Shown here piece by piece: positions 1-13,315 of a stretch of DNA of 64,000 bases. The position numbers were made by a program, and so were the translations under genes. Source of the DNA: Microbotryum violaceum (taxonomy: Eukaryota); the NCBI GenBank assembly GCA_001244265.2, contig CDLV01000005.1, positions 1-64,000 on the forward strand. The letters are read 5' to 3'. The notes beneath the pieces are model-generated. The model made no database searches, was not told where the DNA came from, and was given only the letters and a program-made list of their open reading frames with translations. How positions within the stretch are numbered: the stretch's first letter is position 1; each line of letters starts with the position of its first letter.

Positions 1-213
1 ACAAGCCAGCTGTGATCGTGACAGAGTTGCGATAAACTTATCAACGTCTACAAGTCCTCAAGTCTGCCGTGTCTCAGCTCTAGCGCCACGCCGAAGCCCG
101 AAATGGGAAACCCATTTCGGATCCGATCCCGGTTCAGCGCTCTGGGCTCAGGCTTACTCGGTGCACAAAGTTTCACGCTGCACTGCCATCTCGCAATGCC
201 CGAGGAATTCCCC

Positions 214-640
214 GTGCACCTCGATTTGACGGTTTTCGCCTTGTTGGGGCCTACAGAGTCGAAAAAGTGGATTTCAGCAGTGCACGAGCAATCGACCGTG
301 CACCTCGATTTGACGGTTTTCGACCTGTTCCGCCCTTCAGAGTCGAAAAAGTGGATTTCAGCAGTGCACGAGCAATCGACCGTGCACCTCGATTTGACGG
401 TTTTGGCTTGTGCCGCCCTTCAGAGTCGAAAAAGTGGATTTCAGCAGTGCACGAGCAATCGACCGTGCACCTCGATTTGACGGTTTTTGGCTTGTGCCGC
501 CCTTCAACGTCGAAAAAGTGGATTTCAGCAGTGCACGAGCAATCGACCGTGCACCTCGATTTGACGGTTTTTGGCTTGTGCCGCCCTTCAGAGTCGAAAA
601 AGTGGATTTTAGCAGTGCACGAGCAATTGACCGTGCACTG
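214..640. repeat. Tandem repeat, 5 units of 83-84 bp, probably subterminal repeats of a DNA transposon
   Basis: Unit GTGCACCTCGATTTGACGGTTTT...GTCGAAAAAGTGGATTTCAGCAGTGCACGAGCAATCGACC starts at 214, 298, 382, 465 and 549, with a partial start at 633. Confidence 0.9.
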
Positions 641-726
641 TCAATTTTCATTTTCACTGGGAATTTGGGGTTCTATTCCAAAACGTATCCCGGAATTGGC
701 CTGTACCCCACCTATGATACGTATAT

Positions 727-1113
727 ACTGGGTGTGAAGGGGCGTGCTTGGACTGCGGAAAGCCTTTCGGGCTGACAGACGAGATGGATCCGAACGACCC
801 ACAATCACGAAGGTTCTGTAGAGGACTGACAAGGGCTGAGATGAATGGCCGAGCTCGGCATCAAAAGAAATGTCACAACTTTGTAGCTTCATAATACCTG
901 TAATATGATGTATATTGTCAAAATGACTTGTTCCGTACCACTTCCTCTCTTCCTCCTGTTTCACCTCCCCCTCCCTCTTCTTCTTCTCCTTCTTTCTCTT
1001 CCCCTCCCTCTTCTCCTTTCCCCCTTTTCCTTTTTTTTCGGTCCCTCTCCCTCTCCCTTTTTTTTTTTTTTTTTTTTTTTTTCCTCCTCCCCACCCCCCG
1101 ACATGGGTACGGG
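727..1113 (+). mobile_element. 3' terminal fragment of the element at 8780-10385, in inverted orientation
   Basis: Near-identical reverse complement of 8820-9262 (Cys-rich ORF end, pyrimidine-rich tail, ...CCCCGACATGGGTACGGG), with a deletion in the low-complexity tail. Confidence 0.85.
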
Positions 1114-1142
1114 CCCAAATTATAGTCCCCACTATAGTCTAG

Positions 1143-1318
1143 AACCTTCCCTGTCCGCGAGGACCGTCATAATCGAGCCCGCACCCATGAGACGGGCGCG
1201 CTTGAAACGGAGTGCACGTGATCGGTGCTGATCGGGCCGGTCAGGAAATGCTTTTTCGCAGAGGCATTCCTTTTCCTCATTTAAAAAAAAAAAAACAAAA
1301 AAAAAAAAAAAAGAAAAG
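1143..1318 (+). mobile_element. Short A-tailed segment, possibly a 5'-truncated non-LTR retroelement tail
   Basis: About 140 bp of unique sequence ending in a ~35 nt A-rich run at 1283-1318; no TSD identified. Confidence 0.3.
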
Positions 1319-1610
1319 GTCCAGTAGCAGTGATGCGGGACGACATGGCTTGCATGTCCCAGTGCAGTGTTGGAGTGTCGGCAACAACTTGTCCGAGTCG
1401 TCCGTCGGCGTGCCACTGGCAGTGGCGTGCCAGATCGAGTTCGGTGTGGAGGTGCTCGAATGCCGAACGTCATCGCACTGGCCTACTGTGGCTGGCGGTT
1501 GACCTTCTCGCAACACGCTCGGAGTCAGCCCCGATCGCCACCCGCTTTGGATCTTTGGCTTCTCCCCACCCACACACCCCACGGCCTCGCTCACAGCCAT
1601 CTCACCAAAA

Positions 1611-3604
<1,994 letters not shown>

Positions 3605-3809
3605 GCCGAGGACGAGTGATATTGAAAGAGGCATTTTGGATCAGTGTTGAGGGATCGGATCAGCATGTGTGCAGAAGGGTTTTGGCGGAATTTATTGCAC
3701 GAATTGCTATGATTGGAATGGGTAGTTTCGGTTCAAGAGAACGCGTTTGAACCCGGCGGTCTGCTCCGTGTCAGGCTCCGAGCAGGCACTGTAGTGTGTG
3801 CTGCAGCGG

Positions 3810-4025
3810 ACAACACACGAATATAAGTCTATTCGGGGCAATACCTTAATTTTCAGTCAGAATACTGCCGCGTTCACGGACATTCTTTCGATGTCAGTCG
3901 AGCAATTAGCCGACAGTGTGTGCGTATTGTTTTGCGGCGCTGAAGCTAATTTGACCGAACTAGACAGGTGTCGACCGATGATTGTGAGGCAAGGGAAGGT
4001 GAAACGAATGTTGTAGTGGTTGAGC
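3810..4025 (+). mobile_element. Degenerate Helitron Rep/helicase N-terminal fragment (DUF6570-like)
   Basis: Translates RGNTLIFSQN...LADSVCVLFCG...MIVRQGKVKRML*WL, resembling the KGNxIxxPQ...VxFVG...LxVRRxxVxxALxWL pattern of fungal Helitron proteins; in-frame stop. Confidence 0.65.
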
Positions 4026-4199
4026 CACGTTTGTATGTTCAGTCGCGAGCACTTGCCTCCGGAAAGACAGCAGCCGCAGCATTTGATCCGTGAGATCGGC
4101 CTCGAGCTCGTGACGTCCGAGGCCCTTGCGACTCAGGGCATGGAGTCCAAGTTGCGACGCTTGTTTTCTGAACATGCGGCAACGGCGTGGAACTTGGGG

Positions 4200-5436
4200 A
4201 AAGGTCAATGTAAGCCGTGGTACCTCTTGTATCTGAAGTCGTTGCAGAAACCTGACTCCTTCCCCTTTCTCATCCTCACCCGGCCCGGCCAGCGATTGAA
4301 GTCAACATGCCAAACCTAACGGCGAAGCCGCAGGTGGTCGTCGTCCACCACCAGTTAATCATCCCCAAGGTGTAAATAGTAGCTTGCATTTTGCTTTTGG
4401 TAGGCTCCGGGCTCTGATGATTGGGCTGACAAGCGCGTGTGCAGTCATTGGGAAAATGCACAGGGGGCGAACCGCTTGGGAGAACCTTCTTGACCTGCCC
4501 GATTACAGTCGATTTTATGCGGATGCCCGAGAGGGGCTTTTTACCGGCCGCAAGTGCGCCGAAGGATCTCCGACGCCACTCCCCGTGACTGTCCATGGGC
4601 ACCCCGGGCAATTTGCACACACCATCCTCCGTGAAGGTGATCTGTGTGCGCTTGTCTGCACCGTCGAGGCTCGCGCTTGGAAGGACAGGTCCTCCGGAAA
4701 ATGCAGTGGCACGGGCGCCTAAACTTCGTGCCCCTGGGGATTCGCGTGCACCGCCAGAACGACGTGAGTGCTGTGGTACCCGGGATCCCGTCGGAGGCAT
4801 TTCTGACATTAGCGGGCTGGGTTCAGGTTGTCTTAGGATTCCGCGGGAGACATTTTTGACATAGCGGGCCCCGTCGGAAGCAGCGGTTGTAGCGGAGATT
4901 GTTTCGGTCGAAGCAGGATCGAGTTCTGAAGTCGTTTCGAGGGCCGAGTCGGGAGTCGTTTCAATTTCCACTAGTCCGGGCAGGGCCAAAACGCCGGTTT
5001 TGGCAGATTTCTCAGCGGTTAAGCGGTCCCGGATAAATTCAGTACTACGAATCATGTGGCGGGATTTGAGTGGAAGACCGGGCCGGATGCGCGGATGAAG
5101 GGATGAAGGGGAATGAAAGGAGCGCAGCGGTTTGAATGGTCGGAACGTTTGAGGGGAGTTTCCTTCTTGTTCTTTGCTAGACCACTTCTAGGATCCAATA
5201 CAGCATCTTAACTGGTTCTCACTTTCTGCGTGTTTCAAGACTCGTCTCTCGTCTCCAGTCTCCGGTCTCAGCATTTCGTTCTCGTACTTGGTCTCGTTTC
5301 TCGGTTTGGGCCCCTTTCTCGACTCTCGCCTCTCTCTCTCCCGTATCTCGTCTCCCTCGTCTTCGGTCTCGGTTCCATCGTTTTCCCTTATCATTCCATA
5401 TCATCTTTGATCGACCGCTTTGCTATACCATAGTAC
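4200..5436 (-). mobile_element. Degenerate retroelement 5' part (repeated leader plus low-complexity gag-like ORF), possibly DIRS/Ngaro-like
   Basis: 259-aa ORF 5055-4276 follows a leader that is repeated at 6920-7176; a downstream frame gives FCNDF...PF..H...C, like a decayed Cys/His finger. Class assignment is weak. Confidence 0.3.
5151..5436. repeat. Dispersed repeat copy 1 (~280 bp)
   Basis: GAGGGGAGTTT...GACCACTTCTAGGAT...TCATCTTTGATCGACCGCTTTGCTATACCATA is shared with 6920-7176. Confidence 0.9.
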
Positions 5437-5670
5437 TTCTTTGAATACATATTTTGTGCATATTGCATGTGTCTGATGTACTTTCCTTGGCTGATGTGCG
5501 GCAGATGACACGCCAGACCACGCCCCCGCCGACCGTCCAACTCAGTCCAAGCGGGTCATCGCCTCCCCTGTCAAGCGCTCGGCAATGGACGCCGACGGTC
5601 CGGACAGCGGAAGCAGCAGCTAGGCGGGGGAAGAATCACCTCTAGATGTTGATAAGCAGGGCCTCGGCTT

Positions 5671-6700
5671 CTAAGGCCTGTCGACAAGGGCTGCCAAATC
5701 AGAAATCAATCCATTGTGAGAAAGCTTACCCTGCTCCCACGGAGCTTTTACTTCAGCTTCTTCTTCCTCCCTCATGAGGCGAACCGCGGATAATCCAGCC
5801 CGCAAAAGCGCATGACGATTCCGAGTAGGTCAAAAACGCCAGTCCAATAAGATATGTAGGGTTGAAGCGTCTTTTGTAGGCTGTAGTGGCTTCGGAACAG
5901 CGCCTTCTTGCTTTCGGCGGGGAAGCTTCCCGGGTCCTCCCAGCCGGACCAAATGATTTTGGTGGTGGGTATCATGGCCTTTGGGCCATTGGGACCCTCG
6001 GGTCGACTGAATATGAGGTAGAGAATCACGTAGGCGAGCGACTCGATGTCGTGCCAGGGCTGATGGGGAAGAAGGGGTCCCACACCGCCAAGGGCTGGGA
6101 ATCTTTGGCGAGCTAGGAAGGCAAAAGTCCCCTACGGAGACGAGACAGCCCGGGCTCGTCAGCTCATACAGCACACTCGAAGTCTTTACGTTCGGCTCCC
6201 AGCGAAGCCGAACCTACGGCTCGGCGGTATCGCTCGGCGGGGGCGGGACCGTCATCCTTGATGTAGATGGCCAGGTCGTAATCGATGAGCACACCCTGTC
6301 CATCTGGAGCGACCAGAATGTTCCCGGCCGAGACGTCACGATGCAGGATGTGCATCCGGTAGAGATTACGCAGACTTGAGGACGACACAGGAGCCCGTGA
6401 GGTCATGGCGCCGACACGTCCCAATCATGGCCAAGTCCTGACACTCACCTTTGGCTACACCCAGGATGACTCGAGCAAGGGAGACGGTCGAATCGATGAC
6501 CCAGATGGGATCAAAGCATTGCTCATGAAAGCCGACTTCCATCGCCCTTGGCGTGAATCGGAACCCACGCGGCAGGCCACCGCCGCATCCGAGAAACTTG
6601 GGCACAACGGTGAACTCGCTCTCGCGGTACACATCGACAATGTTGGTCAACCCTTCGCGCTCTTCGGGTGAAGCTGTAGCGATGGGACCCCTGATCTCGT
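5671..6700 (-). pseudogene. FunK1-type fungal protein kinase, C-terminal half, frameshifted (copy F1)
   Basis: Exons encode ILGVAKG / LHRDVSAGNILV..LIDYDLA / GTFAFLA..HQPWHDIESLAYV; frameshift near 5780 before the C-terminal ..LSHNGLISDL motif; N-terminus missing. Confidence 0.85.
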
Positions 6701-6919
6701 CGGCTGAATCAGAGTACTCGGGTCACGCGGGCGACGGCTAATTCGGTGGTCTCGGGGATCGGGCTGGAGTCGCCAAGTCGGGAAGTGCAGATTCGGCTAA
6801 CTCGGCCTAGCGCCACATGAGCGGATAAAAGTTCAGGACGAAGTATGGCGTGATCGGAGGGCCGAGTGTCGGAAAAGAGGAGGAAGCTGGCCTGGAGGGA
6901 TTGGAGTGTTTTGGCGTCG

Positions 6920-7176
6920 GAGGGGAGTTTGCTTCTTGTTTTTAGGCAGACCACTTCTAGGATACAATACAGCATCTTAGCTGGTTCTCACTTTCTTTGT
7001 GTTTCAAGTCTCGTCTCTCGTCTCCAGTCTCCAGTCTGCGTGTTTCGTTCTCAAACTCGGTCTCGTTTCTCGGTTTGAGCCCCTCTCTTGTCTCTATCGT
7101 CTTCGGCCTCGATTCCATCGTTTTCCCTTATCGTTCCATATCATCTTTGATCGACCGCTTTGCTATACCATAATAC
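6920..7176. repeat. Dispersed repeat copy 2 (~260 bp)
   Basis: Diverged direct copy of 5151-5436. Confidence 0.9.
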
Positions 7177-8389
7177 GGTCGTGTTCATCGCTTCGAGGCT
7201 CCGCTACGAAAGAAACCGTCATGGCGTCATGGCATATTCCTGGGTAGACGTGGACGCTTCCTTCTCGCCACCGCCTCGGGTCGCCCTGACCTCTGGAACC
7301 TGCCGAGTTGCGCGCTTTCCAGGAAAAACATGTTTGTGGCCTCTATTGGCGGCCCACGCGCGTTTCGCTCACTGTTAGACTCGCTCGCCCCGCCGTATCC
7401 GCGCACGGACGGGGCATTACACGCGCTACAGTGCGCTCATGCGCGCGCAACCTACTCAAAGCCGATCAAAGATCAAATTTGAGCCTGTAGCAAGTTTGGC
7501 CCATGGACTGAACTTGAAGTCTTTCCAAGTCCGTCAGATCGATACACTGACCCGAGTGTGGTAGGGACATTAGCTTCGGCAGTCTGTATGTATTACAATA
7601 TCTAAAGAGCGTGTTCGCGTTCTTAGATTTGCTGGCCAACGGTACCGCCGTCATTGCACAGCCTAGGCTGGCTGCAGTGCCAGCCGGGCCGGCTTCTGTT
7701 CACTCGACTCGTACTCCTCCTCTACTGCTCATACTCCATGATGTTGACTCTTGTGACAGCTCGCAAGATACACAAGGTTGGCTTGTGTATGCTCTTAGTC
7801 CCTTTGCCGCGGCCTGGCAAGCCTTTCATGGGGGTTTTCGAAGTGCCCCTCTCACAAGTAGCCATCCTCACGGAAGCCGAGCACCTCCTCCACCAAACCG
7901 CCGCCAGGAAGTCAGGGCATTTGCAACACCACCATCTTTAAGACTGGCGAAGATGTCCAATAAGTATCAAATGCACTTTTCCGGTATATGCCAAAGACTT
8001 AGTATGAGTGAGTCTCGATCGAGGCCTCTCCTTACTGACGCCGACTCGGAGTCGAACTCGGAGTGAGTTTTCGACTCAAGGCGCTTGATCATGCTCTTGT
8101 ACACGAAACGAAACCCTTATCAAAACTGGCGAGTGGAATAATTCAGCATAGTGTATCCATCTCCCGCTATCGTGTAGGCTCCAATTGCAAAGTTCGGATG
8201 CATGATCGAGCGCTTTCTCCGAATCAGATGGCTCGGCGGTTCGACTCCCTGGACCGCTCGCGCGACGTGTAGCGGTAAAATGAGTCAAGTTGCAGCGGAA
8301 TGAGGGACAACTAGCGGTGTAGTTGTATTGCTGTTGATGACTCGAAAGATGAAGAATTTGTCACCGAGGGAGGGCTGCGGAGAGTGACG

Positions 8390-8779
8390 GGCTCACTCGA
8401 ACATAGTCTTCTCAAGCAGCGGACGTCCAACGACCTACTAGGTTATGGAGCGCGCAGCAAGCGTCGTCGGCAAATTGGAGTTCTCGAATCGTTTGTAGGC
8501 CCGGGCTCACAACGCCCTTGACCTTCAGTCGAATCTGATAGTCAGCACCCTCGATCGCGAGCACGAAGAGAGACGGAGCCAGAGGATCGCCTTGCCGAAC
8601 ACCCGATAGGACGTCGAAAGCGGCCGAGAGCCAACCGTTGAGGAAGATCGAGGCAGATTAGTTGATGTACGTCGCTCGGGACCATTGGCGGGCTTTGAGA
8701 CCGAGGCCAACGGCGCAGAGGACTACATCAAGGTACGTGAGGGAAAGACGATTGCAAGCCTTCTCAAAGTCCATCACCT
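8390..8779 (-). mobile_element. Degenerate LINE reverse transcriptase fragment
   Basis: Minus-strand translation VMDFEKACNRL...IFLNGWLSAAFDVLSGVRQGDPLAPSLFVLAIE...LQFADD, with an internal stop. Confidence 0.85.
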
Positions 8780-10385
8780 CTAGCAGACCGAACACGGGCC
8801 GTAAGCCCGGAAGTCCGGACCCGTACCCATGTCGGGGGATGGGGGGGGAGAGGAGAAGAAAAAAAAAAAAAAAAAAAAAGAAAAGGAAGGGGAAAAAAAG
8901 AGGGGGGGAGAAAAAATAAAAAATAAAAAAAAGGAGAGGGAGAGGGAAAGAAAAAGAAGGAAAAGGGGGAAAGGAGAAGAGGGAGGGGAAGAGAAAGAAG
9001 GAGAAGAAGAAGAGGGAGGGGGAGGTGAAACAGGAGGAAGAGAGGAAGTGGTACGGAACAAGTCATTTTGACAATATACATCATATTACAGGTATTATGA
9101 AGCTACAAAGTTGTGACATTTCTTTTGATGCCGAGCTCGGCCATTCATCTCAGCCCTTGTCAGTCCTCTACAGAACCTTCGTGATTGTGGGTCGTTCGGA
9201 TCCATCTCGTCTGTCAGCCCGAAAGGCTTTCCGCAGTCCAAGCACGCCCCTTCACACCCAGTCACCGATCCGTCATCGCTTAGTTTTGACCCCTTGAGTC
9301 GACAAGTAGTTTGACCACAGAATCGACAGTGCCTTGCCCCTTTTGTGGTACCCGCGCGCGTCAAAGCGCTGCTCGTGCCCAAGTCCGCGCTCGAACCAGC
9401 GTCGCTCGAGGCAGTTGCAACAAAGGGGCGGATGGATGACGTTGGCGGATCTGAGGCATCGACTGCTATCTCCGTAAGCCTCCCCAAGACTGGCGGTTTG
9501 TGACCAAGTAATGGCTTAGCCACTAGCATGCTAACATCACGACCACGGGAGGGTCGGTAAGCAAAGCTTGAATCACTCTGACGTCGTTCCCACCCATGTT
9601 CATTGTGGCTTGAGCATTTGCCAGCGACGACCATCTCGATGCCCATGTATTAATGTGCTCTGGCATCTGTGTGAGAATTGCGCTTCAGCTCAACATCACC
9701 ATTCAGTGTGACACAGATGCGACATACGTTGTAAAAGATGTCTACTCCGTTGGCATACTTGTTCCAAAGCTCGGTAATCTCCAATATCCGAAGATTTTGA
9801 GGAGCTCCCAGTCGTATCTTGCTTGAGAGATATCTGTATAGCGCTCGTTCGCTGGGTGTATGGACATGTAATACAGCAAATCGAGTACCCTGACGTTCCG
9901 CTAGCCAGTCGTGGCGAAGCTTGCGATCGGTTAGCAGCCGGCTTTGCATATGCTGTATCGCCGACGTATTGTTTTGCAGCAAGTTCCGTGGCGACCACTT
10001 GACGGGCTCCAAACGCAGAGTCCCGCGCTCGACGTGATAGGGCTCGATCAAAAAGCGCATTTGCGCTGTTGGCGACTGAACAGGTACGATGCCGAATGTT
10101 TCGGTGGATGGGGTGTAGAGCAGCGGGTTGACTATATCTGACACAGTGGTTGAGTGCCGTGGGAGAAATGCCGAGGTCTTGCGCCTTAGACAATGTAATT
10201 CCACAGTGAGCCAGAGGTCGTAGTGCCCCACGAATGGTTTTCCGGTACGATTGAACGTCCCAACCTGCGAATACAAGGGATAGTGGGTGAGAAAGGTTGC
10301 CGCTTCTTCGAATCGCGATGGTGAAGTTGGACTGACCGTGAGATTGTGCACTAGCACGTAGTCAGCCAAGCACGCATTGGCATGG
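8780..10385 (-). mobile_element. 3' part of a transposon-like element: intron-containing ORF with Cys-rich C-terminus, pyrimidine-rich tail and Helitron-like hairpin plus CTAG end
   Basis: HNLT/VGTFNRTGKPFVGHYDLWL...QGTRFAVLHVHT...WNKYANGVDIFYN/MPEHI...CRFCGQTTC..CEGACLDCG; stop at 9095; hairpin 8795-8809 lies 11 nt from CTAG at 8780-8783. Confidence 0.7.
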
Positions 10386-12942
10386 ACCACGATGGAGCGT
10401 GTCACTCAACTTCTTCGCGCGTTCAAGCCGAGGCTGGGACGACCGCCTACGATTGCGTCGCCCGGCTGGGAGGATTGAAATGGGACTCACCCGCGTCACC
10501 TGGCGCCAGGGTTCTCGGCTCTTTCTTCGATATACTCGAGCAACACCCCTCATTGCTGGACCTGTTCCGCGAGAAGGTGGACGCCATCAGCAATGCTCCT
10601 TACAGCGAGATGCCTCGGATGAGCGAGCACGAAGTCGAAATGTCGTTCCTTCGCCTGTTATTTGGCGGTCTAGATTCTGCAACGGCGGCGCTGCTTAACC
10701 ATTATGCCGCGATCACCGAGGCCGTCGGAACTTCTTCCGCTTCCGCATCGACCCGCTATTCGGTTCAAATGCGCGAACCTCAACGTGCTCTCCGCACGCA
10801 GGGCGATGCTGTCGTCTACATTCAACGCGGGGCTGGCAACGTCGTTTCAAGTATCTCGATCGAATACAAGCGGGACGACGTACATCACAGCTTGGCCAAG
10901 GTACGCCAGGAGGTCGCCCTCTCGCATATTCCCGCACTCGACCACGGGTCCCCAGTGCCACTTCAGAAACTAGAGGAAGAAGAGTCGAAGGGTGCAGATG
11001 CTGTGGCGACCAAGGTGAGGCATGCATTCTTGCAGGCTTGGACATACGCTTTCTCGATTCGGCCTCGAATATCTGCGTTTACTCATTTCATATTTTTCAT
11101 GCTCGTGAAGGCCATCATCCAATGCGTCTCTAGCGAGAGTCGATTCTTTTTGCTGCTGTCGGTTCCGTTCTTCCAAATTGGTGAACTGGGTACGTCGTAG
11201 ATTTGAACTCACCGAAACCTGTCGAAACTTTCCGGGCCCCACTGACGCATGCGATCATGCGGTCTTGCTTTGGCCATTCGCCCGCCCACAGTCCAGCACC
11301 AGTCGACGCATGCTGCAACGGCAAGCGATCCCGTAGCGTCGACCTCAGCGGCGTCTGCCTCAATCTCGGCTGCGACCGCGTACTCACCGGCACCGCCCCT
11401 CAAGGCCAGGTACAGCCTGGTTCTACAAGAACTGGCCCGATGGGTAGAGCCCTCTCCGACGACCATGAACCCAGACGCGGCCGAAACACTTGGCGCTGAT
11501 CTTCCACGACGGTCACTCATCGTGTCGTTTATCGCCCTGGCTTTCACAGCCGTTATCGAAGTCCCTAAGCCGGACCAAGCCGTCATTGATACACTGCTCA
11601 ATCCTCAATTTCAACCTCCGAATCTGCCTCGTCGTCGCTCCGATCCGGACTTGGACCCTAACTATGAACCCTCCCCGCGGGTCCAAAAAGCCTCGAAGAC
11701 TTCGATCGAAGCCACCGGTGCTCGTCGTTCGGGGCGACTGGTAGGCCAACCACCGCGAGCTCAAACCAAGGACTCGAATCGACCGGTCACCCCGCCCATC
11801 TCCGTAGGGTTGCAAAGTGATCCCTCATTTGATCCGTTGACGCCTGTGACTCGCATCTTCTCGTCCCCTCCTGCATCGACGGATTGGAGTCCTGCGACCT
11901 CGCCGCTCTCCGGCTCGGGCCTCCCGTCGAAATCGGTCACCATAATTCAAGATCGTGGGTTCGTGATCAAGGCCAGCTTGTCGAGCGCGTACTGGTCTAC
12001 GATGGTGCGTCACGCGCTCTACCATGCTGCTCCCGTCCTAGCCCTTGTAGCCCAGCTCACAGAAAGTATTGTTTACTTCCTGCTCTTGTGCAGTCGTACA
12101 CGGGCACAAGCCGCGTGGAATTGGTCGAGATCGGGTTTGATATCGTCTCTTCGGTTCCTTCCGACTCGCCCCTTGCGTCCCGTCTGCCGTCAAAGCCTTC
12201 CCCAGCGAGCGATTTTATTCGGGGCCTCCATCTGTCCGATGTGGTTTTGCGGTGGCTGTCCGAAAACCCCGGGAAGAGCTCAAGGACGATCGAATCCCCC
12301 TCGAACACTTGGATCGGTTCGAGCCCACTGCGGATCTTCTTCTGGAGAAGGAGGTCGGGTCGGGAAGTACTGCCGGAGGGTGGCTTGCGAAGGTGGTGAA
12401 AGTCAACCGACCTTTGTGCTCATCGGTCAAAGCCGAGGCACCCCTTGTTGATCACCCTGCTCCGAACACGACGTACTTTCTCAAGCTCGTGACGTGTAGA
12501 TACGTCGGCTCCGTCATCCGCGAGACGCTGTTTTACCAGCACGTCTTGCCCCACCTCCCCGAGCATCTTCGAAAACATATCCCGCAGTATCACGGCACAT
12601 ATCGAAGGACGAATGGCAACGGATACGCCATGGTGCTTGAGAATGTGGACAAAACGATGAACGAGCTCGACTTCTACGGGTCGCCGGGCGAATTGTGGTA
12701 AGTTCCTGCAGGGCGGCGCACTGATCCAGCCATGTGCAAGCCGGTCAAGAGGCCGCGCGGATTCCTGACCCTCTGATTCTTTTTCTTTTTTCCACGGGAG
12801 GTGCAGGGAGATCGAGGCGGCTTTCAGGGAACTCGGCATCATCCACAATGATGTCAGGGCCGGCAACATACTGGTTCGACCCAACAATGGCCCTCTTTGC
12901 TTCGTTGATTGGGGACGATCGTATCTCAAACTCCGAGTATGA
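10386..12942 (+). pseudogene. REase-like plus atypical kinase gene, copy K1 (5' end clipped; -1 frameshift near 12270)
   Basis: Near-identical to 22956-25512. Motifs QGDAVV..SIEYKR, GSGSTAG, YFLKLV..RETLFY, IHNDVRAGNIL..FVDWG; four GT-AG introns. Confidence 0.8.
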
Positions 12943-13084
12943 ATCTTTTCTCTCCTTCTCCTTCTGAGGTCTCTGTTTTTCTCTCTCTTCTATGCTTGTT
13001 TTATATTTTGTACGCACTTTCCCTCAGGTTCATCTGCAATGCGCAACGCTCGTCATCTCGTTCATCTCGTCCGCGTCGTAGTTG

Positions 13085-13315
13085 TGGCTGGATTCAGTGC
13101 GCCGCTCTTTAGGAACTTCCCACAACGGGGCGATCCGTAGAAGTCGCTGAGCTCATTCATCACTGCTCCCACATCCTCAAATACCATGACATATCCGTTG
13201 CCATTGGTCCTCGGTACGTGCCGTGATATTGCGGCAGATGTTTGCGAAGATGGTCGGGAAGGTGGGGGAAGACGTGCTGGTAGAACAGCGTCTCGCGCGC
13301 AAATGACCGGGCCAA
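13085..13315 (-). pseudogene. Inverted, diverged fragment of the K-family kinase
   Basis: Encodes RETLFYQHVFPHLPDHLRKHLPQYHGTY and TNGNGYVMVFEDVGAVMNELSDFYGSP, plus part of the following intron; homologous to about 12510-12733. Confidence 0.85.

Noticed and set aside
214..640. CRISPR array
   Set aside because: The variable parts are homologous to each other rather than unique spacers; eukaryotic context and no cas genes.
641..1231. Lys-rich or Phe/Ser-rich ORFs (also 8764-9084)
   Set aside because: Translations of a low-complexity purine/pyrimidine tract in the TE tail.
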